Positions 29,416 through 43,590 of a DNA stretch of 64,000 nt are shown one piece after another (the stretch's first letter is position 1; each line of letters opens with the position of its first letter). Under the pieces are notes generated by a model. That model had not been told where the DNA came from and made no database searches. It worked only from the letters and a program-made list of their open reading frames with translations. This stretch comes from Octopus vulgaris. Lineage: Eukaryota. A program made the translations under genes and the position numbers. Location: contig OX597826.1 in the NCBI GenBank assembly GCA_951406725.2, forward strand, positions 15,004,001 to 15,068,000. Direction: 5' to 3'.

Positions 29416-29625
29416 CTCTTTTACTTGTTTCAGTCATTTGACTGCGGCCATGCTGGAGCACCGCCTTTAATCGAGCAACTCGACCCCGGGACTTATTCTT
29501 TTGTAAGCCCAGTACTTATTCTATCGGTCTCTTTTGCCGAACCGCTAAGTGACGGGACATAAACACACCAGCATCGGTTGTCAAGCAATGCTAGGGGGAC
29601 AAACACAGACACACAAACACACACA

Positions 29626-29663
<38 letters not shown>

Positions 29664-29755
29664 TACGACGGGCTTCTTTCAGTTTCCGTCTACCAAATCC
29701 ACTCACAAGGCATTGGTCGGCCTGAGGCTATAGTAGAAGACACTTGCCCAAGATG
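29416..29755 (-). mobile_element. SINE family A, head truncated
   Basis: Consensus match. Confidence 0.85.
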
Positions 29756-29971
29756 ACATACCGTAATTTATACTATTTATGCTTTATGCGTTTATGTCTC
29801 TGTGCAAAAAATGACCATTCTGAAATATAAGAATCACTACGCGCGCGCACGCACACAAAAACTCACACACACACATACATTATTAATGTTGAACAGTTGC
29901 GAATTGTTTGCTCAATACATTCTGTAGAATATTTAGTTTCACGTTGGATCTGAGTTTTACGCCGCAGTATA

Positions 29972-30196
29972 CAGTAACTGCTCGTCATATCGCTGTTTAT
30001 TATTTACGGCTATTTGGATTCCTCCATGGTGTTGTTTGGCATTTAGAATAAAATAAATATATACAAATTATAAAAATAATGACAAAAAGTATACAGTACA
30101 GCACTGTTTCAACTTCGCGGATTTTCACATATCGCGGGCGTGGGTGGGGGAGGGATGGTTTGGAACGTAACACGCGCGATAGTCGAAGGACTGCTC
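29972..30196. mobile_element. Decayed pogo/Tigger-like MITE
   Basis: TA|CAGTAACTGCTCG..ATATCGC and GCGATAGTCGAAGGACTGCTC|TA termini; internal TTCGCGGATTTT and GGAACGTAAC. Confidence 0.45.
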
Positions 30197-30535
30197 TATA
30201 GAAGCATACTAACAATCAGACACAGATGCATACCTGCATACACGAACATTAAGTCGGAAAAACAAGTCTCTTAATACTTGTCCCGAAAGACAAGATCGTG
30301 ATATCCACCTGGCTTGAACTGAAGACAGGCGGCAAAGGAAATGTCCAGGAGGCGATATTTCCAGCAAAGGAAAGCTTTACGATTCGGGGACACACTCAGG
30401 ACAAAAGGCAGGGACAAGTGTAACAGAATCGGAATCGTGGTCAGAGGCCAGGAGAGATCTGATTCTTGACCGCGTGTGTATCCTTGGCGATTTTTTAACT
30501 CCGTCTTCCCTTCCTTGGATCTTTCCTTTTCCTAT

Positions 30536-30570
30536 GTTTCTGACGAAGAGCTCCGCTCGAAACGTTAAAT
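30536..30570 (+). ncRNA. Minimal type-I hammerhead ribozyme motif in a Penelope-type pLTR fragment
   Basis: GTTT-CTGACGA-A-GAGC-TCC-GCTC-GAAA-CG-T-T-AAAT: core, stem II, palindromic ACGT stem III, short stem I. Confidence 0.6.
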
Positions 30571-30701
30571 TCTCCTTCTTTCTTCTATTTCCTGAGCGTC
30601 CAATAACACTATACTTGTTCCACGTCCTCGCGTTGTTGTGTTTTCTCTTTGTGTTTTCATGTTTGGATTAACTTTATTATCTCTCTCTCTCTCTCTCTCT
30701 C

Positions 30702-30760
<59 letters not shown>

Positions 30761-30924
30761 ATTCTTTTATTTGTTTGTCATTTGACTGCGGTAATACTGG
30801 AGTACCGCCTTTAGTCGACCAAATCGACCCCAGGATTTATTTTTTGTAAGCCTTGTACTTAATCTATTGCTAAGTTACGGGGTGTAAACACACCAGCATC
30901 GGTTGTCAAGCGATGTTGGGGGGA

Positions 30925-30971
<47 letters not shown>

Positions 30972-31362
30972 ATACACACACAATACACTTGTGTGTTTGT
31001 TTTACAAGATTCCTGATGTGAAATCTTGGAGCAGATATTGTTATATTTCGGGATGGTCATTTAAAAAAACTTTTAATTTATTTTGCCAAATAAACACGGT
31101 TCCTCATTTCAGCTTTAATATTGTTCTTTTCTTAAGTGTCCTTCGTCTGAAATCTCTCCTAACACAGAACAGGAGGAGACATGTGGGACGGTGAATCACT
31201 GAAAGTCACAGGATGTGTGACGAAAGATTTCAGAATAAATAATGGTTACTAAAATAAGAACAATAATAGGGCTAAAGTGAAGAACGAATATATAATGCGT
31301 GTTTATTTGGGGGAAAAAATAATAATTACCATCTCGGATATATATAAAAGTAATATTTAAAA

Positions 31363-31670
31363 ACGTTGCCCTTCTCAAGCCTAGCCAGGATCATGGGCCC
31401 GGTTTCCCGGTTTCTGTGGAGTATGTGTTCCCCCCAGCTGGACGGGACGCCAGTCCATCGCAGCGTTACTCAAGAAACAGGAAGAAAGAGTGAGAGAAAG
31501 TTGGGGCGAAAGAGTACAACAGGGGTCACCCCACCCCCCCTGCCGGGGGCTCGTGGAGCTTTTAGGTGTTTTCGCTCAATAAACACACACAACGCCCGGT
31601 CTGGGAATCGAAACCGCGATCCTCCGACCGCGAGTCCGCTGCCCTAGCCACTGGGCCATTGCGCCTCCAC
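31363..31670 (-). mobile_element. tRNA-derived SINE family C
   Basis: Head GGAGGCGCAATGGCCCAGTGG...GTTTCGATTCCC. Other copies at 62037 (+) and 62937-63252 (-). Confidence 0.8.
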
Positions 31671-31674
31671 ATAC

Positions 31675-31728
<54 letters not shown>

Positions 31729-32027
31729 GTAAGCACATAAATGTAAAACAAGGTGGAAAAATGTAGTACTCGAATAACGAAGGTAGAGAAATATTGCTTT
31801 CATTAAAGCCGATCTTCACAAACTGTTACTCAGAGTCTCACCTTACCGTTAATCGGCCAGTTGTGAGCATACCTGTTCGACGAATGGTAACGTGATACTC
31901 TGAGTAAAGGAGTTTACGAAGATTCTCTCGTATGTATGTGTTTGTGTATTTATATGTAAAAGTGTTATAAAAAACCCATCAAAAGCTTCCTAAGTATAAG
32001 TAATAGGAATATACCTGCATATATATG

Positions 32028-32268
32028 GGTACTATTTAAGAAGAGTGGTCCTGGTGCGCGCACACGCGTACTCGCGCATCCGCGCTAGCTAGTCGTGACT
32101 AGTCGATCCTTTGTGCTTTTGAGTTTTATTTACTTTGTTTAAAAAATTATTTACTTTGTGTAAAAAAAATGATTTATTTTGTGTTTTATTTAGGTAGTCG
32201 TAGGATCGACTAGTCACGACTAGCTAGCACGGATGCACGCACTGGGACCACTCTTCTTAAATAGTACC
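32028..32268. mobile_element. MITE with GG-initial TIRs (Merlin-like)
   Basis: GGTACTATTTAAGAAGAGTGGTCC / GGACCACTCTTCTTAAATAGTACC plus an inner inverted CTAGCTAGTCGTGACTAGTCGATCCT; AT-rich 8-9 bp flanks. Confidence 0.75.
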
Positions 32269-32529
32269 ATATATATTATACATATAACATAAATGCAATA
32301 TTTCTTGACGCAGAGTATAGACACAGGACCACGCCCACGCACCTACACAATCATTTGCATACAATACGAATGGAACTCTCGACTTTTGAGATACCTTTGT
32401 AACCTTTTTGCTCATTAAATTCTTGTTCATATAATGATGTATGTTTGTGTATGTGTGTGTGTGCTTGTGTACATTTTTCTGTATGTATCTAATCTATCTA
32501 GTTATCTCTCTATATTTGTCTATCTATCT

Positions 32530-32640
32530 ATCATCATCATTGTTCGACCGTGGTCGAGACAATGGAATTTACCATGCCACGCCAGACTTCACGGTCCATC
32601 ACGGCATTACGGAGGTCCTGTTGCTGAATGCCTGTATCCC
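32530..32640 (-). mobile_element. 5'-truncated RTE LINE 3' end
   Basis: Reverse complement of 63843-63955. Confidence 0.75.
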
Positions 32641-33086
32641 ATCTGTCCATCTCTCTATACATCCACTCGCACACTTACACATTGGCACAGATACACGCTC
32701 ACACAAAGAGCTAACGTCTTTTAACTTGTATCTTTGGGAACGAAATGCAAAATATGCGACATATAGTTTCACGACAAATACGAACATACATACACGCACA
32801 CGTACAAGCATGCATAGGTATATACACTCACAGATACACAGCCGCACATGCACACACTAACACACACACACTTATATATGCATACATACACTCGCACACA
32901 CATACGTACGTATTCCTTTGTTTACATATACAGCATTCTTTCAGAAAATAGGATTAACGTTGTGAACATTCAAGTAGGATTTAAGCGAAATAAACATAAA
33001 AAAAAGTCTGTTATTTCTTTATTATTCTGGACAATGACAATGCGCGCGCGTGTGAGTAGTTTCAGTAACACACCTTGAGCATAAAG

Positions 33087-33132
<46 letters not shown>

Positions 33133-33314
33133 ACGGAGATGTACTTGCATAGCAAGTGATTTGATCTGAGATAGTGTGCTGAAACGAAAACAATTGCAGC
33201 GTGGAAGGTGTTTGTAAGCCATTTAAGAAACACACAAAAGCCGTTCGATTCACTTCAACATTTAAGTTATATATATATATCTGTAAATGTAATATGTGGC
33301 AATTCGGTAGCCAC

Positions 33315-33376
33315 GATAAAACTCCGAGTTTCGGATGACGGGGCGGAAATCCACGCCGCCATCTCTTCAGTTTTCC
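33315..33376 (-). ncRNA. Hammerhead ribozyme motif in the left arm of inverted element 33278-33484
   Basis: Minus strand: CTGAAGA-GATGGCGG...CCGTCATC-C-GAAA-CTC-G-GAG-T-T. Stem I is weak. Confidence 0.55.
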
Positions 33377-33561
33377 GGCCATCGGAAAAAAAATATGCTA
33401 TGACGTGGATTTCCGGCCCGATATCCGATACTCGGAGTTTTATCATGACTACCGAATAATTGTCACATATTATATTTACAGATAAATTTCCTCTATTTAC
33501 ATAATATCGAGGTCTCTTTCATTCTTTTGTTATCTTGCCATTTCTATCAATATATATATAT

Positions 33562-33877
33562 TTATTCTTTGTAAGCCTAGTACTTGTTCTATCGGTCTCT
33601 TTTGCCGAACCTGCTAAGTTACAGGGACGTAAACACACCAGCATCGGTTGTCAAGCGATGTTGGGGGGACAAACACAGACACACAAATACATACACACAC
33701 ACATATATATATATACACATACGACGGGCTTCTTTCAGTTTCCGTCTACCAAATCCACTCACAAGGCTTTGTTCGGCCCGAGGCTATAGTAGAAGACACT
33801 TGCCGAAGGTGCCACACAGTGGGACTGAATCCGGAACCATGTGGTTCGTAAGCAAGCTACTTGCCACACAGCCACTA
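33562..33877 (-). mobile_element. SINE family A
   Basis: Consensus match; tail truncated. Confidence 0.8.
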
Positions 33878-33878
33878 C

Positions 33879-33940
<62 letters not shown>

Positions 33941-34887
33941 ATGTATATATATATATATAAAGAAATATATGTTCGGAATCACTGCGTAATAAATATAAAT
34001 CCTATCGTGATGAACGCTCTTTATGAAGATGTAGTCTAACTATTTTGGGATGGAATGGAGAAATCATTAAAATGCCGGACAGGATGCCTGGCACCGTCCA
34101 TTCCAGTTCTTTGCTTTCTGACAGCAATGCTTCTTAGAACCACTGGCGTTATTGTTGCTTTTTCTTTGGTCAAACAGCTGATTTTCCCCAAGACTCTCCT
34201 TGGAGACTTACCAGCAAAGAATACAGAAATTAAGTTGTTTTTGGTTTTCCTTTCTTTCAATGTTTTCGTCAGGTGAGGAAGGCTGTGGCCCTGATTCTTT
34301 GCCAGGTCTCAAAGACTGGCAATATTCTCAAGTCGTAGATCTGAACTTTACTAAAGGCCCCTAAGGTGCTAGGTAGTGATATGAAACTGGGAAATGAATT
34401 AAAGTCTCTTACCCAAGTAGGGCATGGTGGGATTTGAACTGACAACGCAAAAACCAGAATAAATACCACCGGTCTTAAAGTTCGGCCAATCCACCACTCT
34501 GGATTGTTACCTTTTTTTTATAAGGTTTTATTTCTTTGGGAACGGATGGAAGGTAAAAGTGATTTCGATTATGATGTTTGTTTAGTAACAACAAATGTAA
34601 AGGCGGTGCAGGTTCTGAAGGCTTAGGAATAAAGTTGTCTTTATAGTATTTGATAATAGCTTTAGTTTTAAGTTCCGTGTTAAAGACAAACTTAGTCAAC
34701 GTAACGTTTCATCCTTTTGAAGACACTTAAATAATACCAGTCAAAGTACTGCTGGGTAAATATAATTGACTACTTCTTTGAAAGGATTGTCCCATCGCAG
34801 CCACAGATGACTGAGGGAACCTATAAGAACTGATTATGAAATTAAGAGAGGATAAAAGGGACATGTATCCACCCTCTCGCTCTCTCA

Positions 34888-35290
34888 TATATGTATATGT
34901 ATGTATGCATATATGTATGTATGCATGTATGTATGCATGTATGTATGTATGCATGTATGTATGCATGTATGTATGTATGCATGTATGCATGCATGCATGC
35001 ATGTATGCATGCATGTATGTATGTGTGTGTGTGTATGTATGTATGTGTGTGTGTGTGTGTATGTATGTGTGTATTTATGTGTGTGTATGTATGTGTGTGT
35101 GTATGCATGTATGCATGTGTGTGTATGTATGTATGTATGTATGTATGTATGTATGTATGTATGTATGTATGTGTGTGTGTGTGTATGTATATGTGTGTGT
35201 ATGTATGTGTGTATGTATGTGTGTATGTATGTGTGTATGTATGTATGTATGCATGTATGTATGTGTGTATGTATGTATGCTTGTGTATGT
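34888..35290. repeat. (TATG)n/(TG)n array
   Basis: Direct inspection. Confidence 0.9.
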
Positions 35291-35964
35291 TTCTTTTTCT
35301 GCAATAACATCAACTGAAACCAAATTTGAACGGAGTTTATAAGTGAAGAATTTATATATTTTTACAGTTTATTTTGGTTCATAAATTTATAGATCTCCAC
35401 AACATTATTGTATTAAGATTTTGATTTTGTCTTCGATTTCGTTTCATCATAGTTAAGGTTGTTTAAAACGCGACACTTGAACTTCTCTTATTGAGTGAAC
35501 GTATATAATTTCATTTCTTGTTCAAGTTTGATTAAAGCATAACAGTCAAACACCTGCGTGAAGTAAGGCAGAAAGCAAACAGAATAAAATGAATTGCACT
35601 AAAGCTAAGTACTGTAAAGGTATACGCGAGAAATTAGATAAATTAAAGGGTGTAAAATGGGAGCAGATGAGGGAAATAATTCGTAAGAACCATAATTAAT
35701 TTGTAGAGAAACATTTACTTGCAAAGAAATGAATTGATTACAATGCGCAAAAGATAGTTAAATACTTATTAGAGAACCTGAAATTTTAATATGTCAAAAG
35801 CGAACGGAACGGACCATTGACAAAGTGGGGGGAAAATCCTGCCAATTGGAATTCTTTTAGGAAGCAAAACTTCAAAGTCTGTTTCTAATCGCATGAAAGT
35901 CCCCTATTTCGAAGATATACAGACACGTACCCTCATATTTATGCATATATGTACTCATACACAT

Positions 35965-36358
35965 ACTCTCTTTTACTTGTTTCAGTCATTTGACTGCGGC
36001 CATGCTGGAGCACCGCCTTTAATCGAGCAACTCGACCCCGGGACTTATTCTTTTGTAAGCCCAGTACTTATTCTATCGGTCTCTTTTGCCGGACTGCTAA
36101 GTAACAGGGACATAAACACACCAGCATCGGTTGTCAAGCAATGCTAGGGGGACAAACATACAGACATACACACACATATATATATACATATATACGACAG
36201 GCTTCTTTCAGTTTCCGTCTACCAAATCCACTCACAAAGCTTTGGTCGGCCCGAGGCTATAGTAGAAGACACTTGCCCAAGGTGCCACGCAGTGGGACTG
36301 AACCTGGAACCATGTGGTTGGTAAACAAGCTACTTATCACACAGCCACTCCTGCGCCT
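35965..36358 (-). mobile_element. SINE family A
   Basis: Consensus match. Confidence 0.85.
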
Positions 36359-37888
36359 ATTTTAAGCAAATTCCACTACGTCTGACGTGGTGAGTCGAAT
36401 TTATGTTTTATGAGCTGAAACAATAACCGTAAAGAGAAAAATTTAATTAAAGTTAAATATAATTTTTCTTACATCGGGCAACAGAAAAGAATCCGTCGTC
36501 AATTTCAATCTAGCAATGATTAAATTAAATTAAATTATGCCGTGGTGGAGAGAAGCCTGGAATTCTATTTTCTTAGTGACAACTCCAGTTATGTTTCGGT
36601 TTTATTTTATCTCTCCAGAAGTGAATAACTCAAAAATATGTGATCAAAGGATGAATGAGAAACTATGTGCAAGCCTGCACGTATATGTTTATAATTTTGT
36701 AATAAAAATTACCCAATTAAGCAAACTGAAATTATAGAATTTTAGGTACAAAACCAACATCATGCTCCAATGTCTGTTTTGGTATGGCTTCTACAGCTGG
36801 ACGCCCTTCTTAAGACCATCAACTTTACATTACAGAATGTACATAGTGTTTCTGTCGCAACACCAGTACTTGTTAGGCCGTCATGCTGCCTGCAAGATTA
36901 AGATCTTTCGTTTGAGTAGGGGTCCAGCAGAAGAAGAGGCGACTTTATGCTATGGGTTGTTGGTTTAAATTGAGAGAAAGGGCCAGTGTAGAACAGGTTA
37001 TGTGTTGTCGAGAAGTAATACGGGAACTCACATTTTATTATGGAGTGTGCGGAGAGGACCGGAAAAGAAATAAAATTTGTGGTGATGACATGCCAGGATG
37101 GACGTTCAAGATACAGTTTGGGAGGGAGGAGATAGTGGAAAAAGATGACTGATAGGCAGAAGACCTGAAATTTGGGAGAGGGGTTAAGTCGATTACATCC
37201 ACCCCAATACACAACTGGTACTTATTTTATCAACCTAGGAAGGATGAACGGTAAAGTCGACCTCGGCGGAATTTGAACTCAGAACGTAAAGACGGGCGAA
37301 ATACCCATTTTTTTATTACCCACAAGGGGCTAAACATAGTGAGGACAAATAAGGACTGACATAGGTATAAAGTCGATTACATCGACCCCAGTGCGTAACT
37401 GGTACTTAATTTATCGACCCCGAAAGGATGAAAGGCAAAGTCGACCTCGGTGGAATTTGAACTCACAACATAGCGGCAGACGAAATACCACAACGCATTT
37501 CGCCCGGCCTGCTAACGTTTCAGCCAGAATAAGAATAATAATATATTAGATACAGGAAAACAAGAAGGATGAGAGTGAAAGAGAGAAGGAGAGAGAGAGA
37601 GAGAAGAGATGACGTATGTTGTATGAGTGTGGGACAAGAGTTGTGAATGGGGAGAAGAGATGTATGGTGGTGAAAGAAATTTTGTTAGAATAATTAACAT
37701 GCTGGTGACGCCTATTGAGGCAGAAACATGCATCTTATTCCTATTTGCAGAGAACAACATGACTTGCCTATTTTTTATATAAACTTTGGCTTGTAAAGTT
37801 TGGAGAAACTCTTGATTTCTGTGTTTATCTCTTCCCATGGAGCTCTCAAATTCCATTTGGAAATCATGGTGTGTATGCGTGTGTGTAT

Positions 37889-37923
<35 letters not shown>

Positions 37924-38106
37924 CATATTTATTATATAGAAGGAGCTTCTACAGGACTAGAACTGTTTCATTCAAGAGAAGATTTCTCTTGAATGAAACA
38001 GTTCTAGTCCTGTAGATGCTCCTTCTATATAATAAATTAATTTTACTCTGCTATGTATTGAGTACCTTATTTACTGTGGTTAACCCCGAATCAACCCGGG
38101 ACCTAC

Positions 38107-39217
38107 ATATATATATACATATACATATATATGTATATATACATATATATGTATATATATACATATACATACATATATATATACATATACATATACATAT
38201 ATATGTATATATATACTTATACATACATATATATATACATATACATATATATGTATATATATACTTATACATACATATATATATACATATACATACATAT
38301 ATATATACATATACATACATATATATATACATATACATACATATATATATACATATACATACATATATATATACATATACATATATATGTATATATATAC
38401 ATATACATACATATATATATACATATACATATATATGTATATATATACATATACATACATATATATATACATATACATATATATGTATATATATACATAT
38501 ACATACATATATATATACATATACATATATACATATACATACATATATATATACATATACATATATATGTATATATATACATATACATACATATATATAT
38601 ATACATATACATGTATATATATACATATACATACATATATATATACATATACACATACATACATATACATATATATATATATATATATATACATATATAT
38701 ATACATACATATACATATATATATATACATATACATATATATATACATATACATATATACATATACATATATACATATATACATATACATATATACATAT
38801 ATATATACATATATATACATATACATATATACATATATACATATACATATATATACATATATATATACATATACATATATACATATATATATACATATAC
38901 ATATATATATATATACATATATATACACATATATATACATATACATATACATATATATACATATACATATATATATTTATATATACATATACATATATAT
39001 ATTTATATATACATATACATATATATATATTTATATATACATATACATATATATATATTTATATATACATATACATATATATATATTTATATATACATAT
39101 ACATATATATATATTTATATATACATATACATATATATATACATATATATATATATTTATATATACATATACATATATATATATATATATATTATAATAT
39201 ATATACATTATATATAA

Positions 39218-39287
<70 letters not shown>

Positions 39288-39392
39288 TATATATACATAT
39301 ATATATATTTATATATACATATACATATATATATACACATATACATATATATATATATACATATACATACATATACATATACATACATATAC

Positions 39393-39449
<57 letters not shown>

Positions 39450-39506
39450 CATATATATACATATATATACATATATACATATACATATATATACATATAC
39501 ATATAC

Positions 39507-39541
<35 letters not shown>

Positions 39542-39645
39542 AATATATATATATACATATACATATACATATATATACATATACATATATATATATATAT
39601 ATATAAATATACATATATAAATATACATATATAATATATATACAT
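38107..39645. repeat. 1.5-kb (TA)/(TACA) array
   Basis: Direct inspection; source of the 300-490 aa spurious ORFs. Confidence 0.95.
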
Positions 39646-39852
39646 TGGATCTCTTCCTGTCAGGTGTCCCAGATGAACCAACTTCACGGCAGGAGGTGCA
39701 GATGAGGGCAGCTGCATCGAACTCTCTCATGCACCAAATGGCAGTTGCTAAAAAGCTTTCGTGAAGTAAAACCAAGTAGCAACACCAAATGGCGGTGCCC
39801 CAGCATGGCCACAGATCATGAGCTGAAACTAGAATCAATCAATCAATCAATC
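39646..39852 (+). mobile_element. CR1-like LINE 3' end with (AATC)n tail
   Basis: [28 protein letters not shown] is homologous to 18936-19050; 3' UTR GGCGGTGCCCCAGCATGGCC. Confidence 0.75.
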
Positions 39853-40364
39853 ATATATATACATATACATATTCATATATATATATATATACATATATAT
39901 AAAAATATACATATACATATATATAAAAATATACATATACATATATATAAAAATATACATATACATATATATATATATACATATATAATATATATACATA
40001 TATATATATATATAATATATATACATATATATATATATATATCGAACTGACATATTCCTTGCGGAGAACAAAATAATCTACTATAGAACATGTGAAACAA
40101 CTACACTCTGACGAACGATTGCAGAGCTACACAATATTATTCCTTGTAGTTTTTGCCTGATTTTATCCAAAGCAAATCGACATGAGTCCCATGTCAATAA
40201 CAACAGATGATCTTACACATCCTCATTTTGGTCCAATGTCTGCTGCTGTTCACGAACCTCCACAGTGTTATGGAAATTCCGTTAATTAAGTTCTGCTTAA
40301 ATTGTTACATAGCTTTCCTTTCGTAAGGAATTCAAATAACATCTTTGAAAGAAAAAAGCGTTTG

Positions 40365-40408
<44 letters not shown>

Positions 40409-40604
40409 GGAGTAAACACATAAATGTGAAAGAAGGTGGAAAAAAAGAGTACTCAAATACCAGAGGTAGAGTAATATGCTTTATTTAAAAGCAGCAGAAA
40501 TATAAAAAAAGCTGTTACTCGGAGTTTCACGTTCCCGTCCCGACGAACGGAACGTGATACTCCGAGTAACAGCTTCTGTTATATTTCTGCTGCTTTTAAA
40601 TAAA

Positions 40605-40670
<66 letters not shown>

Positions 40671-40671
40671 T

Positions 40672-40709
<38 letters not shown>

Positions 40710-43005
40710 GATAGATAGATAATTAAGATTCGGTTGAATTAGGTACTTAAATTGAGGCACCTTGTTGGGTCATTCTAATTTGCACCCCCAAACAATATCA
40801 GGTGAATATCAAACTTTGTGCAGAAGATTTTGCATTTGATATTCTTGCAAGGGCAGGTGTACATCTTTATTACTCATTCATATATATATATTGATTTATT
40901 AATATGACACTCTACTGACCATCTGGTTTATCCAAGACACTTCAGCAGAGGAATCAGTAGATTCCCCATTCCTCGTTCTCGATCATAATATCGCGGAATA
41001 TCAATCCATAGATTTGCAAAAAAAAATTTTCCCATAAAACGCTACCCCACCGCCTATCATTTCGCAGTGTGTGATAATAAAAAAAGAACAGAAAAATCCG
41101 TCAACACGGATAAAATTCAACTTAAGGTGGGTGACCTATTCCCACCCAACATCCGCCGAAAATAACGTTCATTGCGTAGTAAAGAATATGTATATGGTTT
41201 TCTTCTAGCTACATCCAAATTAGAGTAGCCAAACGTAATTTATCTATTACTGCTTGAATAACCATGGACGGATTCGTAAAAAGAGGAAAGAAAAAAAACT
41301 CCGAGGACAAGAACAGAACTAGACACAACAAATGCCAACTCAGTCGCTATAATAATGTATAAAGTGTTAATTAATACCGTATTAATCAGCTGTTGAAAAT
41401 TCGAAGTAATTCAAAGATATAAACATTTAAAAACTAGGCCAGGATACGAACACGTACTCATATTCACGCAGACACGTAGTGAATAAAAAAACAACAATGA
41501 ATAAAAATAAAAATAAAAAAAGCTCGTTATTTCACTGTTCTAAGTTCAAATCCTGACGTGGTTGAGTTTAATATTGTGAATCTAAGTGCTATGACGTAGT
41601 TACTAGAGGTTGGTATATCATATTCCCCTCAAAATAAAAAAAACTTATCTGTGTAAAGAAACAGAGAATAAATGAGTAGAGAATCATAGTAGCCGAGTTC
41701 AAGACCTTGTCCCGATTCCAAGAAATCCTATTTATGTCTGAGAAATTACTATAATAGACATTCTGAAGGCGTTTTCGCCAAATTCACTTCGGTGTACCAT
41801 TTTATTGATTTTTGTATTGCACACGTAATTTTTATAGCAACGCACTTGATTTAATTTTAAAATATATTTAGTGACTTTTAGTATTTTGATATCGAATGAA
41901 TCCAAAAGAACAGTCAGAATAAGAAAGTTTGGTTATTCACATGAATAATTGCATGTGAATAACCAAAGATCTTACAGTTCTTTTTTGGTCGAAACCCATC
42001 ACTCTTTTACTATTGTTTACGATCAAAAGCAGAAAGATCAGACTGGATGATGCCATAAGGAAACAAATATAATGAATTTTATATAATTTTCATCCAACAG
42101 AGTTCAAATTTTATTGTCACAACGACGGTATAGATTGCGATTATGTTATTAAATTTTCGAAAACAAAAATTAGATACTCCGGATCAATTTCGTGAGCACC
42201 AATTTCTAAAATTTTAGCACTTTTCATACTAATATATATATTTTGTTAACATCTTCGTTCAACTCCATTTATTTATTTATTCATATATAACACACAAATT
42301 TCTGCACATGAACCCGGAGTTTCTACCCTTGGACAGGTCGCTTCAACCGTCTTTCTGACGTGAATTTGCTACCCTGGTATCGGTTCATCGAATTTTCCAT
42401 GTTGACGGTAAACATAGGATATTTCATTCACCTATCGAAATATATATATTGTTGCTATAATGTTAAATTGTCGTATGGCCAAATGCGTTTTTCTTTTCTG
42501 CATTTATTTTTTCTGCTTCAGATGCCAAGATATCAAAAATTTGCAAAGTGTACTAGAACGGTTTTGCTATAGAATGTTAAAACTATTTATTCATTTTCTG
42601 AAAAAGCAACGTTTTGGACTTACGACATTTTTACATAATAGCAACGATATGTTTTTTTAAAAAATTTATGTCTTTCAAACGTTAACCTTCTTTATATAAT
42701 GTGAATTCTCGAAAAAGAATTTCAGCAAAATATCATAAAAATATTCCATTTTTTTAGAAGGTTATGAGGAAAGAAGACACCTGGATGAGCGAGAGACAAA
42801 TTTTTATGCTCTTGTTTGTGGATGAGAAAAATATTAGCGGAGATGATTGATAAGAAAGTATTCTTTAATAATTCTAAACATTTAATCAGGCTTGCTTTTG
42901 CAGTGGTGGAGCTCTCGTCGCAACTACGTGGTTCCGAGATCAGTGACATAGCGGAATTTGAACATGGAATATATATATATATATATATATATATAGATAG
43001 ATATT

Positions 43006-43047
<42 letters not shown>

Positions 43048-43050
43048 TAT

Positions 43051-43111
<61 letters not shown>

Positions 43112-43247
43112 AGTGTGTGTGTGTGTATACGTATATATATATATTTCTTTATATATATATATATATGTATATAGATAGTCGATATTTGAACATATATATA
43201 TATATATATTGATACACATATATATATATATAGATAGATATTTGACA

Positions 43248-43301
<54 letters not shown>

Positions 43302-43310
43302 GTATGTATA

Positions 43311-43341
<31 letters not shown>

Positions 43342-43590
43342 GATCGGTCATAGACTGAACTATATATAAATACATTACTGTTCTATGCATTAGTGTCTGC
43401 TACTTTTTCGGATATATTATACATTGACGATATATATATATATATGCATACACACATACATATATACTTACATGTGTATGTGCATGCGTGTGTGCGTGCG
43501 TTTATATACTTATGTGCTTGTATCAAACAAACCGGTACTGAACTTTGCGGTGCCATACGAAAATGAAATTAAAATAAGTGGGTAATTTAC

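Noticed and set aside
33584-34039. Recurrent ORFs containing [13 protein letters not shown] / HAGAPP
   Set aside because: Incidental translation of SINE family A, not a protein family.
42722-43046. Overlapping ORFs just downstream of exon 1 as a possible exon 2
   Set aside because: No homeodomain residues and no clear splice acceptor.
43523-43590. C-terminal KLPTYFNFIFVWHRKVQYRFV of the 471-aa ORF
   Set aside because: Read-through into the intron past the GTAAAT donor.
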